A DNA stretch of 64,000 nt from an uncultured Bacillota bacterium (lineage in GTDB: Bacteria; Bacillota_I; Bacilli_A; RF39; UBA660). The stretch covers positions 3,732 through 67,731 of the forward strand of contig CAMVLZ010000004.1 of the NCBI GenBank assembly GCA_947168485.1. The letters run 5' to 3'. Positions 8,863 through 19,089 of this stretch are shown in pieces (the stretch's first letter is position 1; the number at the start of each line of letters is the position of its first letter). Below the pieces are notes generated by a model. That model made no database searches. It had not been told where the DNA came from and worked only from the letters and a program-made list of their open reading frames with translations. Both the position numbers and the translations under genes were made by a program.

Positions 8863-11145
8863 TAATACTTTATTATCCTCTTCAACTCTACCTTTAATCT
8901 TAAAATAAGTATTACGATTATCTATTTTATCTAAATGTTCTCTTAAGTATTTTTCATAATCCTCTCTATCTTCTTCACTATGATGTAGTGGTAAAACATC
9001 ACTATTTTCCAACACTTCTAGGATTAATCTATCTCCAAAATGATAACTCTCATCACCATCACTAAATGTATAAGTATAATCATCAAAATAAGTATTTTTA
9101 TCTTTAAAACGAACATTTCCTTCCATAAAATTATCTAATCTAATTCTTAATCCTTTATCACTCATTTCAATGACACTACCAACAAACTCTTCTCCAACAT
9201 AATCTTGCAAATAAGAAGCACAATTCTTATCAAAAACAGCTCTTTCTACATCAGCAGCATCTCTTTCCTTCTTAGAAGTATGATTTCCTATTTCTAATAA
9301 ATCAGATACAGTAGTTTTCTTACCATGTTTTTCACCCAAAGTAGTTTCCTTAAGAATTCTATGTATAACTAAATCAGGATATCTTCTAATAGGAGAAGTA
9401 AAATGACAATAATAATCTTTTCCCAATCCATAATGACCAATATTATTAGGAGAATATTTAGCTTTAGCCATACTTCTAATTAATCTAGAAGATAATATAT
9501 CACTTAAATTACCAGTACTAGCAACATAATTAGCTAATTGTTGCATATACTTAGGATTACTAACACAATCATTAGCATCTAACATATTAAAACTAAAACC
9601 AACAATATTTAGTAATTTAATAAGATCATTTACTTTCTCTTCATTAGGACTACCATGTACTCTATGTAAACAAGGATAACCATATCTAGATAAATGTCTA
9701 TCAACAGTTTCATTAGCAATAACCATAAACTCTTCAATTAAATTTTCAGCATAATCATTTACTCTTTCACGAGCACCAATCATCATACCATCTTCATCAT
9801 AAACTTCTTCTTTATCACCAACACCAAATTCAATAGAACCTTCTTTTATTCTTTTCTTTCTTAATATTAAAGCTAATTGATTCATTAAATTTAATGTCTT
9901 AGTAAATTCTTTATATTCAGGATCTATATTATTATTTTTCAAAATATCATTAACTTTATCATAACTCATCTTTAAATCAGAATTAATAACAGAATTAACA
10001 ATAGTATAATTACAAACATTACCCTTATTATCAATTTCCATTGAACAAGTAACTGCTAAACGATCAACATTAGGGTTTAATGAACAAATACCATTTGATA
10101 ACTCATGAGGTAACATTGGAATAACTTTATTACCTGCATAAGTACTAGTACTCTTACGATATGCATCTATATCTAATGGAGAATTTTTTGAGATATAATG
10201 AGATACATCAGCTATATGAACTCTTAACATAAAATTACCATTATTAAGACGACAACAACTAATTGCATCATCCATATCTTTAGTATTAACACCATCTATA
10301 GTAAAAGTCTCCATATCTGTAAAATCACTTCTACCTATTCTATCACTAGGTAAAACTTCAGCAGGAGTCCAATCTACTTGTCTCCAAGAATCATCACTAA
10401 AATCATTATCCATACCGTATTTTAAAGCTTCCCAAAAGATATCAACACCAGGTTCATCTTTATGTTTTAACTTTTCAACTGAAGTAACTCTATAATAATC
10501 AGCAGAATCAGTATCAGTATGATTTACTTTAGCTTTAACTCTACTACCTTCAACAATCTTATTAGATAGAACCATTTCACTATCTAAAGAAACAAATAAA
10601 TCCTTATACTTCTTATTAACAGGTTTAACATAATAACCATAATTTCTATCTCTATATACTTCTCCATATATAGTATCTATTTTATTATCAAGAATCTTAT
10701 AAATCTTAATAGAAGCATTCTTTCCATCACCAGTAACGTCTACTAAAACAAAATCCCCATCATGAGCGCCATTAAAATATTCACTTCGAACAATATAATC
10801 TTCTTTTTGAGAAATAACTTCACCATCTTTTATATAAGAAGTATCCTCAGTAACTACACCATTACCATTTCTTAATAGATTAAAAGTTCCTTTATGAAAA
10901 GAAGTATTTTTAATATACTTATAACCTTTACCTACTTCTAAAAAGTCATAACTAGCAATATAATCATCAATAATATTATTAATAGCAATTAATGATTCTT
11001 TACTAAAAGAAACTTCTTCATCATATTTCTTAGAAACTCTATTTCTAGTCTTCTCAATTATCTCATCTCTAGTTAATGCCCTTTTACTCTTTTTTACTAC
11101 TTTTAAAATATCTTCTTCAATATCAACTAAATACTTGTTCTTCAT
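8854..11145 (-). CDS. RNase II/R-family 3'-5' exoribonuclease (paralog 1)
   Basis: RNB-domain motifs FTIDGVNTKDMDDAIS, HIADVSHYI, LPHELSNGICSLNP, HFTSPIRRYPDL. C-terminal S1-like GEEFVGSVIEMSDKGLRIRL. Confidence 0.85.
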   Translation of the reverse strand: MKNKYLVDIEEDILKVVKKSKRALTRDEIIEKTRNRVSKKYDEEVSFSKESLIAINNIIDDYIASYDFLEVGKGYKYIKNTSFHKGTFNLLRNGNGVVTEDTSYIKDGEVISQKEDYIVRSEYFNGAHDGDFVLVDVTGDGKNASIKIYKILDNKIDTIYGEVYRDRNYGYYVKPVNKKYKDLFVSLDSEMVLSNKIVEGSRVKAKVNHTDTDSADYYRVTSVEKLKHKDEPGVDIFWEALKYGMDNDFSDDSWRQVDWTPAEVLPSDRIGRSDFTDMETFTIDGVNTKDMDDAISCCRLNNGNFMLRVHIADVSHYISKNSPLDIDAYRKSTSTYAGNKVIPMLPHELSNGICSLNPNVDRLAVTCSMEIDNKGNVCNYTIVNSVINSDLKMSYDKVNDILKNNNIDPEYKEFTKTLNLMNQLALILRKKRIKEGSIEFGVGDKEEVYDEDGMMIGARERVNDYAENLIEEFMVIANETVDRHLSRYGYPCLHRVHGSPNEEKVNDLIKLLNIVGFSFNMLDANDCVSNPKYMQQLANYVASTGNLSDILSSRLIRSMAKAKYSPNNIGHYGLGKDYYCHFTSPIRRYPDLVIHRILKETTLGEKHGKKTTVSDLLEIGNHTSKKERDAADVERAVFDKNCASYLQDYVGEEFVGSVIEMSDKGLRIRLDNFMEGNVRFKDKNTYFDDYTYTFSDGDESYHFGDRLILEVLENSDVLPLHHSEEDREDYEKYLREHLDKIDNRNTYFKIKGRVEEDNKVLKK

Positions 11146-11217
11146 AAACTTCCCCCAACAATATTATTATAATCTTTTTATCACAAAATAAAAAGGGAAA
11201 AACTTGTTTTTCCCCTT

Positions 11218-12219
11218 TTAATTAACTCTTCTAACTGACATTAATGAATCATATGATCCTCTATCCCAAGCAGAGACACTACTAGCGATGATTCCTTGAG
11301 AAGGATTAGTAGCATGAACCATCATTCCATTTCCTACATATAAAGCAGAATGTGTAACTCTACCACCATGACCCCAGTTCAAAATATCACCAGGTTTAGC
11401 ATTAGAATAACTAACACCAACACCAATTCCAGCTTGACCAGCAGCACTATGTGTAATATTCTTACCAAATTGTGAATAAATATAAGCTACAAATCCACTA
11501 CAATCAAATCCAGTTGCTGGTGAAGAACCACCAGATACATATCTAGATCCAATTAATGAATAAGCAAGACTTACCATACTATTACCATGTGCATTAGCTG
11601 GTGCATTATTATTAACAGTACCAACACTATAATTATTAACAACAGGTTCCTTAACATTAATAGTAAAAGTCTCAACAGTAACATTATTAGCTCTATCAAC
11701 AGCTTTAACTTCTACTTTATAAGAACCAGACTTATTACTATCAAAATTACTCTTAATAGTATAATACTCAGTACTATCATTATCAGCTTTCTTTCTATAT
11801 GATAAATTATCATCATCATCAATAACTGATTTAATATTACTCTTTAAATCATACTTAGAACCACTAGTAATAGTAATATTAGTCTTTTTAACTTTAATCT
11901 TAGGTTTAGTATTATCATATACTCTAACATTAAGAGGTATAACCTTCTTAACATTATCTTTCTCAACTTCAATTACTACTTCTTGATTACCAAGTTTCTT
12001 AGTATCAATATCAGTTACTATTTTATAACTCCCATTTATATCTTTTAATAATGACTTTAAGTCAACTTTATTCCCATATTTTATTTCTTTTTGTTTTAAG
12101 CTAGCACTCAAGTTATCATATATCATATAATTTCTAAATACATAAGTACTTACCAATATGATAAGAAATAACATTGTTGTTAAAGAAAGTCTAAAGAAAG
12201 ACTTCTTATATTTTAACAT
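11218..12219 (-). CDS. NlpC/P60 cell-wall hydrolase with Ig-like N-terminal domains
   Basis: C-terminal GFDCSGFVAYIYSQFG ... HSALYVGNGMMVHA (Cys/His of NlpC/P60). Start at ATG 12219 behind GAGGAG. Confidence 0.85.
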   Translation of the reverse strand: MLKYKKSFFRLSLTTMLFLIILVSTYVFRNYMIYDNLSASLKQKEIKYGNKVDLKSLLKDINGSYKIVTDIDTKKLGNQEVVIEVEKDNVKKVIPLNVRVYDNTKPKIKVKKTNITITSGSKYDLKSNIKSVIDDDDNLSYRKKADNDSTEYYTIKSNFDSNKSGSYKVEVKAVDRANNVTVETFTINVKEPVVNNYSVGTVNNNAPANAHGNSMVSLAYSLIGSRYVSGGSSPATGFDCSGFVAYIYSQFGKNITHSAAGQAGIGVGVSYSNAKPGDILNWGHGGRVTHSALYVGNGMMVHATNPSQGIIASSVSAWDRGSYDSLMSVRRVN

Positions 12220-12352
12220 ATAGTTTTCACTCCTCAATTTAAAAAGAATGCTTAATATACTAACATATTTATATAAGAAAGTCAAAATTCACAACTTTAT
12301 AACCTCAAAATTACAATAATAATCATAATAAAAAAGCTCATATATTGAGCTT

Positions 12353-13294
12353 TTATTTAGTTACTTGTTTAGTTTGTTTTCTAGTAATAATCAAAGAAGT
12401 AATAGAAACTACTAATAAAATAACTAATACTAATAAACTTCTACCCGTAGATGGATTCTCAACTATTTGATTAATAACTGTACTAGGAGTTTTTTTACCA
12501 CGTTGTTTAACAGTATCAGTTAATACATCTACAGTTTTATTACCAAAAGCATTAGAATACTCTAAATTTTGTACCTGAACATTATTTAATTTAGTAATCT
12601 CTTTATCACCAGTACTCTTAATTCTAAAACGTACTACTACAGCACTTAATCCAGTATCAGACTCTTCCATATCTTTACCATCTAATGAATAAAAACAATT
12701 TTCATTTTTTAAATTAGTAAAATTCTCTCCCGCAACAATATCAACAATATTATAATCATCTGTATCTAATCTAAATTTTATATTATTAAATTTAGAATAA
12801 TAAGTAGTTTTTAATTCACAAACAGATTCTTCACCAGAAGATATTTCACTAGGATTACACTTGATTTCATAAGTAGGTTCTTTATACTCAACAGGTACAA
12901 ACTCAAATTCCATAGCATTACATTGCTCAAAATAATAATCAAGTTTCCAATATTCAGAATAGCTATTATCAATTACAGGTGTATCATTTGAACTATACAT
13001 CGAATTATTTCCAATATCAAACGAAGAAGAAGATATAAAATCACCGTTTTCATCATAATAATTAAAAACTATATAAGTGAAAGTATAACAAGAAGTAATA
13101 CTATTATAAAAATCACAATCACTTACACCATCAGTAGCATCTAAAACATCTCCATTTTTAAAGACATCTCCTATTTCAACTTTATTTAATCCCTTACTTT
13201 TAGCATAAACATCAATCTTATCACGATTAATAACACTAATAACCATTAAGATTGCTATTAAGCATAGGGATATAACTCTTAATTTTCTTTTCAT
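12353..13294 (-). CDS. cell-wall-sorted surface protein (NPSTG sorting signal)
   Basis: Signal peptide, then a C-terminal NPSTG motif plus TM (LLVLVILLVVSITSLII) plus a basic tail TRKQTK. Start at ATG 13294 (MKRKLRV). Confidence 0.7.
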   Translation of the reverse strand: MKRKLRVISLCLIAILMVISVINRDKIDVYAKSKGLNKVEIGDVFKNGDVLDATDGVSDCDFYNSITSCYTFTYIVFNYYDENGDFISSSSFDIGNNSMYSSNDTPVIDNSYSEYWKLDYYFEQCNAMEFEFVPVEYKEPTYEIKCNPSEISSGEESVCELKTTYYSKFNNIKFRLDTDDYNIVDIVAGENFTNLKNENCFYSLDGKDMEESDTGLSAVVVRFRIKSTGDKEITKLNNVQVQNLEYSNAFGNKTVDVLTDTVKQRGKKTPSTVINQIVENPSTGRSLLVLVILLVVSITSLIITRKQTKQVTK

Positions 13295-13307
13295 AAAGTT
13301 CACCATC

Positions 13308-15218
13308 CTACTTTATTATATCATATTTACTTATAAATAAACTACATATTTTTAATATCAATATATATATAATACTAATTATCAAGATACCTAAACATCT
13401 ATAAGTAAAATAATTAAATAAGAATGAATGACTAAATAAACCCAAAAATCTAATAAAAGGAATTAAACATAATATAATTAACATTCTATACTTACTATAA
13501 TCAAATAATAATATATGAATAAATAATAATACTAAAAATATAAATACAATAAAACTATACTTAAATAAATTAAATGGAAGTAAATTATTAATATTCAACA
13601 TAATACTATTAATATAATTAATATCTTGTTCATAATTAGTTCTTATAGTAGCTTTTTCAAATATTACTTTATAATAATCAAACCCAAAATATATTAAATC
13701 AATTACCCATTTAGTAACAAAAGTTAATATATAAAACAATCCCCAAATAAATATATATTTTATTAACTCTTTAAAACTAAAACTACCATTATCAATAGAT
13801 AATACTGCATATACAAATAAAGGTATTGTTAAAACTAAAGTCTCACAAGTTAAGAAATCAAAGAAACAAGTTAAAGCCCCACTAATCGCAAATAAAACAC
13901 CTAAATATTTACTCTTCTTTTCAAATAACTTAATAACAAACAAAGTAAATAATAAAGTTAATACTCCCGCAAAAAAGTATTGAACAGAAAACGCAGTAAA
14001 GAATATATTAATACTTAAACACATTAATCCATATGATATCGCAAGTACCTTATTATGATTCCATATTCTCTTAATAGTAATTATTAATAATACTAATAAA
14101 ACAAGTAATTGTAATACATACATAGTATATCCAACAGGCATTAATAAAAGCATAACTTTACTATACATTGCTTGTCCATGCCAATACCTACTATAATTAA
14201 TTAACTTACCCTCTTTATTAACAAAAGCCTTTTTTAAATCTTTCAACTTATCTAATTTCTCTTGATAAGACATTCTAATTATAGAATCTATTGGATCTTT
14301 ATTATCCAAATTATATGCCATAGATATATCCCTAATATCTCCACATTTTTCTAATCTAATAAAATCCAACTTTGTAGAATTAATATTACTACTATACTTT
14401 TCAAAAAAATCTAATGATTTAGCAGTATTTTTATATATAAGATTATTAGGTATTAAAGAAACAAAAAATAAAGAAAAAAACATAAATAATATCAAAATAA
14501 TAAATAAAGATATATATCTAAATAGAAATGAACTTTCAAATTTAATTTTATTAATCAAATGAAGATGTCTAAATCCATCTTTAATAGTATTAAGATGAGG
14601 TTTTCTATCTCTACCATCTTTAAATAAATCTGTAGAGATTTCAATCATTTTTAAATTATTTAATTTAGCTTTAATAATCATCTCACTCGCAAATTCAAAT
14701 CCAGTACTATCAAGATTACAATTTATAATTTTATCTCTTCTAAAAGCTCTCAATCCACAATGAAAATCATGACTCTTAGTTCTAAATAATATATTTCCAT
14801 ACTCAGTTAATAATCTAGAACCATATCTATGAGAAAAAGGCATAGCCCCTTTTTCAATTAAACCTTTAAATCTATTACCAACTACAAAATCATACTCAGA
14901 TAACATATCTAAAAATCTAGGAATATCTTTTTCATTATAACTTAAATCACTATCTAACATAACAATATAATCACTTTTACTATGATTAATACCATTCATT
15001 AAAGTAGCTCCATATCCCTTATTAGTCTCAATAATAACTTTAACTTTCTCTTTTAAAGATATATCTCTAGACTTATCAGAACTATTATTATCACAAACAA
15101 TAATATGATAATTATAATTAGTTTTATCCATAACTTTCTTAATTCTCTTAATACAAGTACCAATAGTTTTCTCTTCATTAAAACAAGGAAGAAGTATATC
15201 TACACTATTTCTTTTCAT
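13308..15218 (-). CDS. family-2 glycosyltransferase fused to a large polytopic membrane domain
   Basis: N-terminal LPCFNEEKTIG, DNNSSDKS and MLDSDLSY (GT2 DxD region), followed by about 400 aa with many TM segments. Confidence 0.8.
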   Translation of the reverse strand: MKRNSVDILLPCFNEEKTIGTCIKRIKKVMDKTNYNYHIIVCDNNSSDKSRDISLKEKVKVIIETNKGYGATLMNGINHSKSDYIVMLDSDLSYNEKDIPRFLDMLSEYDFVVGNRFKGLIEKGAMPFSHRYGSRLLTEYGNILFRTKSHDFHCGLRAFRRDKIINCNLDSTGFEFASEMIIKAKLNNLKMIEISTDLFKDGRDRKPHLNTIKDGFRHLHLINKIKFESSFLFRYISLFIILILFMFFSLFFVSLIPNNLIYKNTAKSLDFFEKYSSNINSTKLDFIRLEKCGDIRDISMAYNLDNKDPIDSIIRMSYQEKLDKLKDLKKAFVNKEGKLINYSRYWHGQAMYSKVMLLLMPVGYTMYVLQLLVLLVLLIITIKRIWNHNKVLAISYGLMCLSINIFFTAFSVQYFFAGVLTLLFTLFVIKLFEKKSKYLGVLFAISGALTCFFDFLTCETLVLTIPLFVYAVLSIDNGSFSFKELIKYIFIWGLFYILTFVTKWVIDLIYFGFDYYKVIFEKATIRTNYEQDINYINSIMLNINNLLPFNLFKYSFIVFIFLVLLFIHILLFDYSKYRMLIILCLIPFIRFLGLFSHSFLFNYFTYRCLGILIISIIYILILKICSLFISKYDIIK

Positions 15219-15265
15219 AATTACACCTATATATATTATACAATAAAAAAAAGAATAATTTAAAC

Positions 15266-15988
15266 TTATTCTATTTCACATATCAAAGAATAATGATCAC
15301 TAACATAACCAAAATCATTAATATCTTTATCAATATGTTTATCTTTTACTTTTAATCTCTTATCTAAAAGAATATGATCTATCATTTTCATATTAGGTTT
15401 ACTAGGAAAACTACTAGACATTTCATCTTTATAAGGATCTAAATACTTATTATCTTTAATAAAATTACTAAATCTTTTATTATCAATACTCATATTAAAA
15501 TCACCAGTAATAATTAAATATTCATCCTTAGATAATTCTTTATCAATAATAGTTTTAAGTATATTTAATTGTTTTATCTTATTATCAGAATCACTATTGT
15601 CTAAATGAGTATTAATAATCATATAATTCTTTTTATCTTTTTCAAAATGACATACTACACATATCCTAGGAGTTTTATCATTCTTATCTTTTTTTCTAAT
15701 CTTATCAATATCTTTATATAAAGCATATGTCTTATATGATTTAATTTTATATTTTTTATTAATTAATATAGATGTATATTCACCATAAAAAGGAATATAA
15801 CTACTCTTACTACCAGTTACTATATAATAATCATCTAAATTAGTAATTAAGTAATTTAAAGAATGACTATTAAGTTCTTGAAAACCAACTATATCAGCTT
15901 TAATAAAATCAATATAATGATATAAATTTCTAGTTCTAAATAATTTACCAAAAGAAAAATTTTTAACATTAAAAGACATAATCTTCAT
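15266..15988 (-). CDS. endonuclease/exonuclease/phosphatase (EEP) family protein
   Basis: MSFNVKNF, VGFQEL, ITGDFN and SDHYSLICEIE motifs. Start at ATG 15988. Confidence 0.8.
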   Translation of the reverse strand: MKIMSFNVKNFSFGKLFRTRNLYHYIDFIKADIVGFQELNSHSLNYLITNLDDYYIVTGSKSSYIPFYGEYTSILINKKYKIKSYKTYALYKDIDKIRKKDKNDKTPRICVVCHFEKDKKNYMIINTHLDNSDSDNKIKQLNILKTIIDKELSKDEYLIITGDFNMSIDNKRFSNFIKDNKYLDPYKDEMSSSFPSKPNMKMIDHILLDKRLKVKDKHIDKDINDFGYVSDHYSLICEIE

Positions 15989-16111
15989 AACCTTCACCAT
16001 CTTAATAATAATATAATTTATAATTAAAAACAACCTAAACCTTATGAATTATCTAATCATTTAAATCACTATTATTGCGAATTAAATACAAAAGTTAGAA
16101 GATAACTTATA

Positions 16112-16140
16112 TTGAAAAATATATATATTTATGATATAAT
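16112..16140 (+). promoter_or_regulatory. sigma-A-type promoter of ssrA
   Basis: TTGAAA, 17 nt spacer, TATAAT, ending 12 nt before the mature tmRNA 5' end. Confidence 0.6.
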
Positions 16141-16152
16141 ATGTACACATAT

Positions 16153-16529
16153 GGGGATGACTAGGTTTCGACGGGAATATTAGAGCATAGATCGCAAGTC
16201 GGAGGAACACGTCACGAACACAAGCAATAAATGCTAACAAAGTTAAAACTGCATTTGCAAACATGTTTGGTGGAAGCCAAGCATATGCAATGGCCTAATT
16301 AATATAAAGGCATGCACTCTACCTATTATTACCTAAGTAATAGAATAGGGTTCGTTTTATTAGGTTATAGCTATTATTTGTCTAGATAATAGAAAGAATT
16401 TTTAGACTGGTATAACTATTTGGTCGTTAACTACTTGATAGTTATATGAGATTAATTAGTTAACTAAACTTGTAGAAGTTTATGTAGCTAGATTTTCGGA
16501 CAGGAGTTCGATTCTCCTCATCTCCACCA
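16153..16529 (+). ncRNA. ssrA: tmRNA (transfer-messenger RNA)
   Basis: 5' GGGGATGACTAGGTTTCGACGGG and 3' GGACAGGAGTTCGATTCTCCTCATCTCCACCA form the tRNA-Ala-like domain. Internal tag frame GCT AAC AAA ... GCA ATG GCC TAA (16233-16298) predicts ANKVKTAFANMFGGSQAYAMA. Confidence 0.93.
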
Positions 16530-16540
16530 ATAATAAAAAC

Positions 16541-16569
16541 AAAGTCAAATTATTTTGACTTTTTATTTT
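16541..16569 (+). terminator. intrinsic terminator of ssrA
   Basis: AAAGTCAAA-TTAT-TTTGACTTT followed by TATTTT. Confidence 0.6.
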
Positions 16570-16651
16570 GCAAAAAACAGGAATTCCTTCTATCATCTTA
16601 TTAATTTCAATCATAAGTATAATCAGTGGAACATACTTTTATAAACTAAAC

Positions 16652-16681
16652 AAAAAAGAACATAGTAATTTATGTTCTTTT
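16652..16681. repeat. copy 1 of 30-nt terminator-hairpin repeat
   Basis: aaaaaagaacatagtaatttatgttctttt. Identical to 17783-17812 except for one loop base. It overlaps the stop of ORF 16680..17186. Confidence 0.8.
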
Positions 16682-17186
16682 AACTACAAATTCTATCTAA
16701 GTATTTATTAAAACGATTTAAAAATTCGCCATCATAACCAGATCCAGCTGTTAATACTTTAAACTTATTATTAACTTTAATAGCTAAAGTTCCAAACTCA
16801 TAATTTGGGTATTTAGTTTTATCTAATTCACCTTTAAGATAAAGATAGTATTTATTATCTGATACACCTGTAATTTTAATAGAATCTTTTACAATATCTT
16901 CTTTATTAAATCCAGCATTTAAATTATCTAAAGATTCAATTATTTCATTCTTATCTTTATCTGTTAGAACATAAGATAAATCTAATTTAGAAAAAGGACA
17001 TTCTCCACTAGATTCATAATTTAAAGCGTTATCTTCAAGATTATTTTCAACTTTATTCACTTCATTTGTTTCTTTTTCAGGATTTTTATTATTAATAGAT
17101 TTATTACAACAAATATAACCAACTAGCAATAATATAATAACTAATAATAAAATAATAACTATAATTGAATAATTTCTATTTTTCAT
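16680..17186 (-). CDS. hypothetical membrane-anchored or lipoprotein-like protein
   Basis: N-terminal hydrophobic segment ending LLLVGYICCNKS. No recognisable domain. Confidence 0.55.
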   Translation of the reverse strand: MKNRNYSIIVIILLLVIILLLVGYICCNKSINNKNPEKETNEVNKVENNLEDNALNYESSGECPFSKLDLSYVLTDKDKNEIIESLDNLNAGFNKEDIVKDSIKITGVSDNKYYLYLKGELDKTKYPNYEFGTLAIKVNNKFKVLTAGSGYDGEFLNRFNKYLDRICS

Positions 17187-17279
17187 ATATTCTACCTTCT
17201 TTTATTTAGTATAACATATTATTATTTACAATATACAATATTAATATAATTTTATATAATATAGTTAATTGGAGGATAT

Positions 17280-17783
17280 ATGAAAAAATATGACTGTAAA
17301 GTAATATTATGTGGTCCAGCTATTGGTAAAACATATTTAGCTGAACATGATTCTAATTTTATTGATATTGATGGAACAGTATCTAAATATAAATATAATT
17401 TGAATAATCAAGACTTTGAAAAAGGTAAATTAAATAGAGGAGAAATCATTAATAAAGATTATAAAGAATACGGAATAAATCTATTAAATAAAACAATAAA
17501 TGAAGGTAAAATAGCTCTAATATCATATCATGAGTATATATTAGATTATTTAATTGAAAATAATATTGATTATTGCCTTGTATATACAGATATCAATTTA
17601 AGAGAAGAATATATTAATAGAATGAGAAATAGAGGTAATTCTGAAGAATTTATATATGAAATGACTAATGAAGAAGCATGGAATAATTTCCATATAAAAG
17701 ATAAAAATGATACTAAACCAAAATATAAAATTATATTAAAAAAAGGACAATATTTATCTGATATAAAACAATTATTTAAATAA
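17280..17783 (+). CDS. hypothetical small P-loop-like (kinase-like) protein
   Basis: GGAGG RBS and N-terminal ILCGPAIGKTYLAE (imperfect Walker A). Confidence 0.5.
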   Translation: MKKYDCKVILCGPAIGKTYLAEHDSNFIDIDGTVSKYKYNLNNQDFEKGKLNRGEIINKDYKEYGINLLNKTINEGKIALISYHEYILDYLIENNIDYCLVYTDINLREEYINRMRNRGNSEEFIYEMTNEEAWNNFHIKDKNDTKPKYKIILKKGQYLSDIKQLFK

Positions 17784-17812
17784 AAAAAGAACATAGTAAT
17801 CTATGTTCTTTT
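17783..17812. repeat. copy 2 of 30-nt terminator-hairpin repeat
   Basis: aaaaaagaacatagtaatctatgttctttt, 29 of 30 identical to 16652-16681 and in the same orientation (loop GTAATC versus GTAATT). Confidence 0.8.
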
Positions 17813-17818
17813 TTATAA

Positions 17819-18331
17819 TTAATATTTTCTTCCACTTTCCATATTATAACCAGAATGTATTCCTAAATTTTCTCCCATATTTTGGTTATATATTTTAGAA
17901 TATTCTTCTAATGTCATTTTTCGTGGACATTCAACTGATTTTTTTCCAACATCAATAAATGTTCTAGTAGGTTCACCTACTCCTTTTCCTATAACCGCAT
18001 CTGTAGCAGAAATAGTAACATCATCAAAAGGCATTATATCTCTAGAATTAGAATTATCTATTCCATTTTCTCTTAAAAATTGTCTAAACACATATTCTTT
18101 AGCAACTGACTCTTTATAATATCCTTCCATTCTATCAAAATATTCTCTTTGTTCTGGACTAAACAAATCATAATCAACTACAGTAACTACTTCTTCTTCA
18201 CCTTGCATATTAGTTACTGTCTTTTCTACTAAAGCAGGTTTACTTGCCTCTAAAAAATCCGCATAACTTGCTTCTACTAAATTATGTAATCTATTTCTTT
18301 CTTCAAGAACCAACATTTCATCATATTCCAT
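17819..18331 (-). CDS. hypothetical protein
   Basis: 170-aa ORF with an AGGAGGAA RBS. No motif recognised. Confidence 0.55.
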   Translation of the reverse strand: MEYDEMLVLEERNRLHNLVEASYADFLEASKPALVEKTVTNMQGEEEVVTVVDYDLFSPEQREYFDRMEGYYKESVAKEYVFRQFLRENGIDNSNSRDIMPFDDVTISATDAVIGKGVGEPTRTFIDVGKKSVECPRKMTLEEYSKIYNQNMGENLGIHSGYNMESGRKY

Positions 18332-18406
18332 ATTATATTCCTCCTATGATAAGAATAAGTTTTTTTCATTGAAATTGCAAACTAAAAAACAAAATTGTAC
18401 GTTAAT

Positions 18407-18961
18407 TTACATTTTTATTTTTAATGCTTTTTTCTTTTCATCTAGTCTAGCATATTCCTTATTAATTACTTTAAAAGAATCTAACTTATCCATAGTAAAT
18501 ATATCTTTCTTGTCATAGCAATACCATAAAACAGATTTAATTAATTGAAAATCTCCTCTTACATTATCAAGTATTACATCTTTTTCTTCATCATTAAATT
18601 TATAAGTTCGAATAGCTTTATCAATAGAACTATGACCTTCTAATAGTAATAAATTAAGTATTTCTTTTCTATTTAAATATTTCAAAAGTTTTATATCACT
18701 ACAGGCAAATATTTCATAGTCATAATATTCATCAATACAATGATCTATTGTACCACTAGCTTCAATAACACCAACTTTTATTTCTTCTTTATCATCAAAA
18801 AATCTAAAAACATCAGCTAATCTAGTACAATAATAATATCCTCTACCAGTATTACCAAATCTAGCTAATATTTCACCATCTTCATGATACTTTTCATTTA
18901 TTTCAAACTTTTTACCATATCGATTAGTACCATCACCATTAAAAGCTTTATAACCAATCAT
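18407..18961 (-). CDS. hypothetical protein
   Basis: 184-aa ORF starting MIGYKAFNGDGTNRYGKKFE. No catalytic motif recognised. Confidence 0.55.
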   Translation of the reverse strand: MIGYKAFNGDGTNRYGKKFEINEKYHEDGEILARFGNTGRGYYYCTRLADVFRFFDDKEEIKVGVIEASGTIDHCIDEYYDYEIFACSDIKLLKYLNRKEILNLLLLEGHSSIDKAIRTYKFNDEEKDVILDNVRGDFQLIKSVLWYCYDKKDIFTMDKLDSFKVINKEYARLDEKKKALKIKM

Positions 18962-19089
18962 ATTATCACCTGTTTAATATATAATAACACATAAAAAGCA
19001 TTTAAAAACAGTAAAATTAAGTAAAATTGTATATATATAATCTTTTATAATTATAATATATTTGTAATAATATAGTTAGAGGTGAGAAT

